Below are positions 59,325-64,000 of a stretch of DNA of 64,000 nucleotides, piece by piece. Below the pieces are notes generated by a model. That model was not told the DNA's origin, ran no database searches, and saw nothing but the letters and a program-made list of their open reading frames with translations. Position numbers and translations under genes: made by a program. Every line of letters begins with the position of its first letter. Positions within the stretch are counted from its first letter, which is position 1. Source of the DNA: an uncultured Myxococcales bacterium (GTDB taxonomy: Bacteria; Myxococcota_A; UBA9042; CAIXZC01); assembly GCA_903895725.1 (NCBI GenBank), contig CAITUV010000008.1:67502-131501 (forward strand), read 5' to 3'.

Positions 59325-60185
59325 TCAGGCGGTTGCCAGTTCCCTGGCGATTGCACGGACTGCACATCTGCACGAGGCGTGCCTTGGGGGTCCGTCCACC
59401 TCGTCAATCCCGAACACCTTCCCGTCCAGCGGCCTGCAGACCGGGCAGATCCGCTCATCGTGAGCCGTGAGCCACTGGACCTTCGTGACGCCGACCTGGC
59501 GGTAGAACACCTTCCTCCCCTCGTTGTGGCCCCGGAGGGTCTCAGTCCTGGCGATGAGGGTGGCGCGCTGCTGGGCGGTCTTGAAGACGGTCTTGCCGGC
59601 CTTGCGGAACGCTTCCCCGTCCTCGACGACCCGGCCGATCTCGCGGGCGACCTCGGGGATGGACTTGCCGGAAAGGACGCCGGCCGTGATGGTCCGCTGG
59701 ATCCCGGAGGCCAGCTCCGTGGTCACGTCCCCGAGGAGTTGGACCTGGTAGTTGGCCAGGAAGTCCACCGCGGCCCGGTCGATGGTGGCGAAGGTGCGCT
59801 TGACCAGGGCGTTGCGGGAGACGTCGGTCAGGTCCTTGAAGGCCGGGGCCTGCATCGCCACGAGCTGCCCGATGCCGTCCTCGATGCCGAGCCGCAGGGA
59901 GACGGCCACGTTGTCGCGGATGCCCACCCGCCATGAGTCGCGCAGTTCAGCGGCGACGCCGTCGATCTCTGCCTGTAGGTCCTTGAGGACGGCCAAGCGC
60001 ATCTGCTGCCAGGGCTTCAGTGTGAGCCGGTCCTCGAAGCGCCGGACCTGAGCCGCGACGTCTTCAGCCGCCTTCGAGAGCGCGGCGTTCAGCTCCTTGA
60101 CGCGGTCCTCCGCGTACCGGTCCCGCCGCTTGACCGCCTCCTCGACGGCCTCCCGGATCCGCTTCGCCTGGGGCGTGTCGGCCAT
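59325..60185 (-). CDS. Phage minor head (SPP1 gp7/Mu gpF-like) protein
   Basis: RATLIARTE, W.TAHDER.CPVC..LDG, PP.H..CRC; start MADTPQ with RBS GGAGGG. Confidence 0.88.
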   Translation of the reverse strand: MADTPQAKRIREAVEEAVKRRDRYAEDRVKELNAALSKAAEDVAAQVRRFEDRLTLKPWQQMRLAVLKDLQAEIDGVAAELRDSWRVGIRDNVAVSLRLGIEDGIGQLVAMQAPAFKDLTDVSRNALVKRTFATIDRAAVDFLANYQVQLLGDVTTELASGIQRTITAGVLSGKSIPEVAREIGRVVEDGEAFRKAGKTVFKTAQQRATLIARTETLRGHNEGRKVFYRQVGVTKVQWLTAHDERICPVCRPLDGKVFGIDEVDGPPRHASCRCAVRAIARELATA

Positions 60186-60190
60186 GGCGA

Positions 60191-60394
60191 TCACCCCTCC
60201 AGCACGAGGGGCAGGTCCGGTGCGCCGGCCAGGGGGCCGGTCTCGATCTCGCCGGACGCGGGGACGCCGGCCATACCGTAGCAGGTCCAGGGGCCCGTCT
60301 CGCCAGGGCGCACCCGACGCCAGGTCCATGGTTGCCCGGTGGTCGCCTTGCTCCCGTCTGCAGCCAGTCGGTACAGCCCGGGGACCGCGGGGAT
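60191..60394 (-). pseudogene. 3' fragment of the phage gene upstream of the minor head gene
   Basis: Frame ends just before the minor-head RBS; cut at ~60394 by the integrase fragment. Confidence 0.4.
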
Positions 60395-61834
60395 CCGCCC
60401 CTCGGATTCGATGTGGATCGAGTCCGCAAGCGCCTGGTCGTGAACCCACAAGAGGCGCTCCTGGTGCGGCATGTCTTCCGGCGATACCTGGAGCTGGGCT
60501 GTGCTGTTAAGCTCATCCGGGAGTTGAACGAAGCAGGGCATCGCACCAAGGAGTGGACAACGAAGAAGGGTAGGGTCCAACCCGGCAAGCCATGGCACAA
60601 GAACTACGTGTACCGGCTGCTGCGCAACCCGGTCTACATCGGGCAGGTCGAGTACAAGGGGGAGACGTACGAGGGCGAGCATGACCCCATCGTTGAGAAG
60701 TCCCTCTGGGACCAGGTACAGAAGGCCATCGCAGTGCCTAGCAGAATTCGCAGTAACATGAACCGGGCTACAACGCCAGGGCTGCTCAAGGGGATTCTCC
60801 GTTGCGGCCACTGCGGAACAGCGATGGCGGTGACGTTCACCCGGCGCCACGGGAGGCAGTACCGGTACTACGTCTGCCACCGGGCTTCGAGCACCTCGTA
60901 CGAGAATTGCACCGTCCGTAGCGTCTCGGCGGGCATCGTCGAGGATCTCGTCAAGAACCGGCTGCGTGCTTTGTTCCGCTCGCCGGAGGTCGTGAAACAG
61001 ACCATCGAGTCGATCCGCCGGATGCAGGCCGAGGAACGCCACCAGGTCGAGGTCGAACGCCTCAAGGTCGTTGAGGAACTCAAAGGAGTGAGGTCGCTCG
61101 GGCTGCAGTTGTTGCAATCCTTCCAGGGGGCTGACACCACGTTCGTGCGGAGTGAGCTCGAGCGTCTTGACCGCAATCGGGCAGACCTGGAGGCCAGGCT
61201 GTGTGAACTCGATTTGCAGCTCTCCTCACTCTCGGAGCAAGAGGCAGCGCCGGAGAGCGTCGACAAAGAACTGACCGTCCTGGACAACATCTGGGCGAAT
61301 CTCTTCCCGGGCGAGCAGCAGCGTCTGGTCCGCCTGGTCATCGACCGGGCTACGATCTTCACCGATCGCCTCGACCTGACCCTGAGCGGCGAAGGCGTGC
61401 AGGCCGTCGTCGATCTGCTGGTCGCGGAGCACAGCGGGTGCGACGCCGCCCCCGCCCCCGGGGCCGCGGGCCAGATCCACACGATCTCGCTCCCGATCCA
61501 GTTCAAGCGCCGGGCGGGCCGTCGCGAGATCATCCTACCCGCAGAAGGCAAGACCGCCGCATCGGCGGTGCCGAACCATGTCTTCCTCCTGACCCTGGCC
61601 CGGGCCTTCCGCTGGAAGGACCTCCTCGAGACCGGCAAGTTCCCCTCCGTGAAAGCCCTGGCCGCGGCCGTGGGCCTCGAGCGCTCCTACGTCGGCAAGC
61701 TCCTGAACCTGACGTTGCTGTCCCCCAAGATCGTCGAGGCCCTTGTCGCCGGCGACGAGCCCGATGGCCTGGCAGTCGGGAGCCTGCGGCAGGGCGTGCC
61801 GGTGCGGTGGGAGGAGCAGGCTGTGGCCCCCTGA
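60395..61834 (+). pseudogene. Large serine integrase lacking its N-terminal catalytic domain
   Basis: Begins at PPLGFDV; LLRNPVYIG, GEHDPIV, zinc ribbon CGHCG..YYVC, coiled coil, fused LARAFRW..LLNLTLLSP tail; no Y.R.S domain. Confidence 0.85.
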
Positions 61835-62037
61835 GCCTATCGAATCGGTCCTTGACCGCCGCCGGAGCGCTCCTCTTGTCATAGCAGGAAACCTCTTCCA
61901 CCCGGCGGCTCATCGCAGTATTATGAACCCGCAGCAAGCCAGCAGGGTCGACTGGGGAGCCGAGCACCGCGGGCTTGAGCGAGCGCCCGCGACGAAGGCG
62001 CCAATTGAAGCGAGTGTCGGGGGAGGTGCGCGTGAGC

Positions 62038-64000
62038 ATGGCATTCGAAGACGTCGCGACCAAGATGTCGGAAGACTACAGCAGTTTCTTCTCTCTTCTC
62101 TTCCGAACGCCGAAGGATGCCGAGGCCTTCATGGAGCGATTGTCATTGCCGTTGCAGCCGCCGTCCGAGGCAAGACCCCGGATCGCGTGCGTGGGATGTC
62201 CAAGCATGCGTAAGGACGCGGGCACCGTTGCCGTCGTGGCTATTGCGGGCGAGATGACGTCCGACGAAGCGGCTGGGGTTGTCCGTCTATACCAAGAGTT
62301 CGGACCCATGACCGGTTCCATTATGATATCTCCGTCGTTGGGGGCCTTGGCTAACCGGTCGGGGAATCTGACGGAAACAAGGCCAGAGCCAGGAAAGGGG
62401 GAGAGGCACAAGGCCGAAGGGGACCTGATCTCGGGAGATGGGTGTTCTGAGATAATTGCTAAGGGCGAGGTGTGGCGTCTGGTTGACGAGACAGATGCCC
62501 CTGGACAGGTCCGGGCTGTCTGGGATTTGATTCCCAGATTGGGCGGGGGCGGGGACAAGCCGTTGCTGGACAGGGTTGCGAAGTGGCACTCTGCGATGAT
62601 GTACTCAGCGTACACTTTGCAGCCTACTGAAGCCCACACCTGTCTGGACTTCTGGGAGAGGATGGGAGATATCGCTCTGCGCTTGGTTCCTTCCGGGGCT
62701 TCTCCTGATTTAAGAACGAGGCAATCTGCCGCGTTCTGTTTCCTCTGTGGTCTGCGCGGTTCCGACAAGCTTTCGAAACCTGCCGGTACCGGTACCGTGC
62801 AACCAATGCTCCGCGTGAGCAGGAAATTCCAGTCGTGCATTTCTCCAGAGGTCGACGCTGCATGGAGGGCCCAACGCTCGCAACTTACGTACTGGGAACG
62901 AATTATCGACAACGTCTCGAGGTCAAGGGTCAGCGGGCCACTGGGATGTTTTGGCATCTTATCAGCATTCTCCATGTTCCTACTCGCGATTTTTATGGGT
63001 GGTTTGGATGCAACTGGCCTCTTTTTCGGCTTCGGTGCGTGCGGTGTGGCTCTCTCCTGGATTCTATGGCGGTGGATGAATGTCAGTTCCAGGGTGACCG
63101 ACAGGCGAGATGCTATCCACAACAAGATGGCAAGCAGTATTCGAAGCCAAGTCGACGAATGGGAGGCTGGCTCAGCGGCAAGGGCCTTGGAGACAGAAAG
63201 GCTCCGGGCGGGTCACGCAGGACGCAAAGCAGTCGACCAAGGGGTCCACGTTGCTGCCTCGATTGAAAGCAGTGGTGAAGAGTTCGAAGGGTTGACCGCA
63301 CCGCCGCTCGGCCGCAAAGCTTGTCGGAGGTGTGGAGAGGTCTCCTTCGACCAAGTACACCGCTGCCCCAATTGCGGACTTCAGAACTGGTGGGAGGAAG
63401 CGGCAGCTTCGCCCGTTGGAGTGCGTCCGTCCGATGCTCAGGTACCAGCCATGACGGCGGAAACCAGCGGCGACCGGGCAACATGCGAGTCGGAAGGCGG
63501 GGGAACACGAGCAGCCGAGGCGGAGGCCAAGCGCAAGGCGCTGGAAGAGGCTGAGCGAAAGGCGGCAGAGGAGAAGAATCGCAGGGCCGCGGAGGAGGCC
63601 AAGCAAAAGGCGGCAGAGGAGAAGAATCGCACGGCCCAGGTGGAGGACTTCGATTCCGAAGCCGCGGAGAGGGCCATCGAGGCATTTTTCGCGCCGGGCG
63701 GTGGCATGGAGAAAGTGAGAAAACAGTTCTCGGGCCAAGGAGGACGATTGGCGGGATCAGAGACCGCTCCATCGAGAACGCCCGACTTGCTGCGTGCCAT
63801 CAAGGAGAACGACAGTGCTGCTGTAACGGCGCTTATCGGCTCTGGCCTGAAGCCAACTGCGGGTGACGACAATGGGCTCATGGCTCTCCACTGGGCCAAG
63901 TCGCGCGAGATGGTTGCGGTCCTTGTCAATGCTGGTGCGGACATCGAGGCCCGGACGCACCGTGGAAATACACCACTATATGTGGCGGTTGAGTCGGGGA
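62038..64000 (+). CDS. Membrane protein with zinc ribbon, charged linker and C-terminal ankyrin repeats (runs off the window; absent from ORF track)
   Basis: Manual translation from ATG 62038 (RBS GGAGGT) found no stop; two TM segments, CRRC..CPNC, KAAEEKNR repeats, 'ALHWA..LVNAGADIEARTHRGNTPLYVAV'. Confidence 0.8.
   Translation, partial: MAFEDVATKMSEDYSSFFSLLFRTPKDAEAFMERLSLPLQPPSEARPRIACVGCPSMRKDAGTVAVVAIAGEMTSDEAAGVVRLYQEFGPMTGSIMISPSLGALANRSGNLTETRPEPGKGERHKAEGDLISGDGCSEIIAKGEVWRLVDETDAPGQVRAVWDLIPRLGGGGDKPLLDRVAKWHSAMMYSAYTLQPTEAHTCLDFWERMGDIALRLVPSGASPDLRTRQSAAFCFLCGLRGSDKLSKPAGTGTVQPMLRVSRKFQSCISPEVDAAWRAQRSQLTYWERIIDNVSRSRVSGPLGCFGILSAFSMFLLAIFMGGLDATGLFFGFGACGVALSWILWRWMNVSSRVTDRRDAIHNKMASSIRSQVDEWEAGSAARALETERLRAGHAGRKAVDQGVHVAASIESSGEEFEGLTAPPLGRKACRRCGEVSFDQVHRCPNCGLQNWWEEAAASPVGVRPSDAQVPAMTAETSGDRATCESEGGGTRAAEAEAKRKALEEAERKAAEEKNRRAAEEAKQKAAEEKNRTAQVEDFDSEAAERAIEAFFAPGGGMEKVRKQFSGQGGRLAGSETAPSRTPDLLRAIKENDSAAVTALIGSGLKPTAGDDNGLMALHWAKSREMVAVLVNAGADIEARTHRGNTPLYVAVESG

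Larger units (their letters stand above)
40500..61834. mobile_element. Degraded, rearranged prophage mosaic (two or more related contractile-tail phages)
   Basis: Minor head, baseplate J, tail protein I, tail-fibre-like, methylase, recombination and integrase genes, mostly as fragments. Confidence 0.8.

Noticed and set aside
39000-60400. Shufflon or integron explanation for the many junctions
   Set aside because: No common recombination-site motif or attC-like hairpins at the joints; breaks fall mid-gene.
39260-62077. 15-bp inverted match AGATGTCGGAAGACT at 39260-39274 and 62063-62077 flanking the scrambled zone
   Set aside because: A few 15-mer matches are expected by chance in a 64-kb self-comparison; one copy lies inside a coding sequence.
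63559-63635. Direct repeat AAGGCGGCAGAGGAGAAGAATCGCA
   Set aside because: Coding low-complexity linker (KAAEEKNR), not an att site or CRISPR repeat.

Overview
High-GC bacterial DNA; the Cys-rich lipoproteins and MYXO-CTERM-like sorting motifs suggest a Myxococcota/deltaproteobacterial host (inference). There are three zones. (1) 1-11.4 kb is a host-like cluster of secreted, Cys-rich lipoproteins. One ORF there looks like a polyprotein of three exported proteins joined by 'CTERM anchor + new signal peptide' hairpins. (2) About 11.5-40.4 kb is an integrative defence-type island. It starts with a serine recombinase-ParB-ParB-zinc-ribbon-array operon and carries a hypothetical/PLD/SF2-helicase triad, a second hypothetical/PLD pair knocked out by an IS256 element (9-bp target duplication), an uncharacterised pair with a PD-(D/E)XK-like N-terminus, and DUF1156/DUF499 remnants. 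(3) About 40.5-61.8 kb is a scrambled mosaic of at least two related prophages. It has about ten clean fusion junctions, three copies of an integrase 3' end, two beta-CASP nuclease copies, a 664-bp inversion splitting a DNA methylase, a BsuBI/PstI-type RM pair and a His-Xaa-Ser-like radical SAM remnant. An ankyrin-repeat membrane protein missing from the ORF track runs off the right edge. No rRNA, tRNA or CRISPR array was seen. All family calls come from motif recognition by eye, not database searches.
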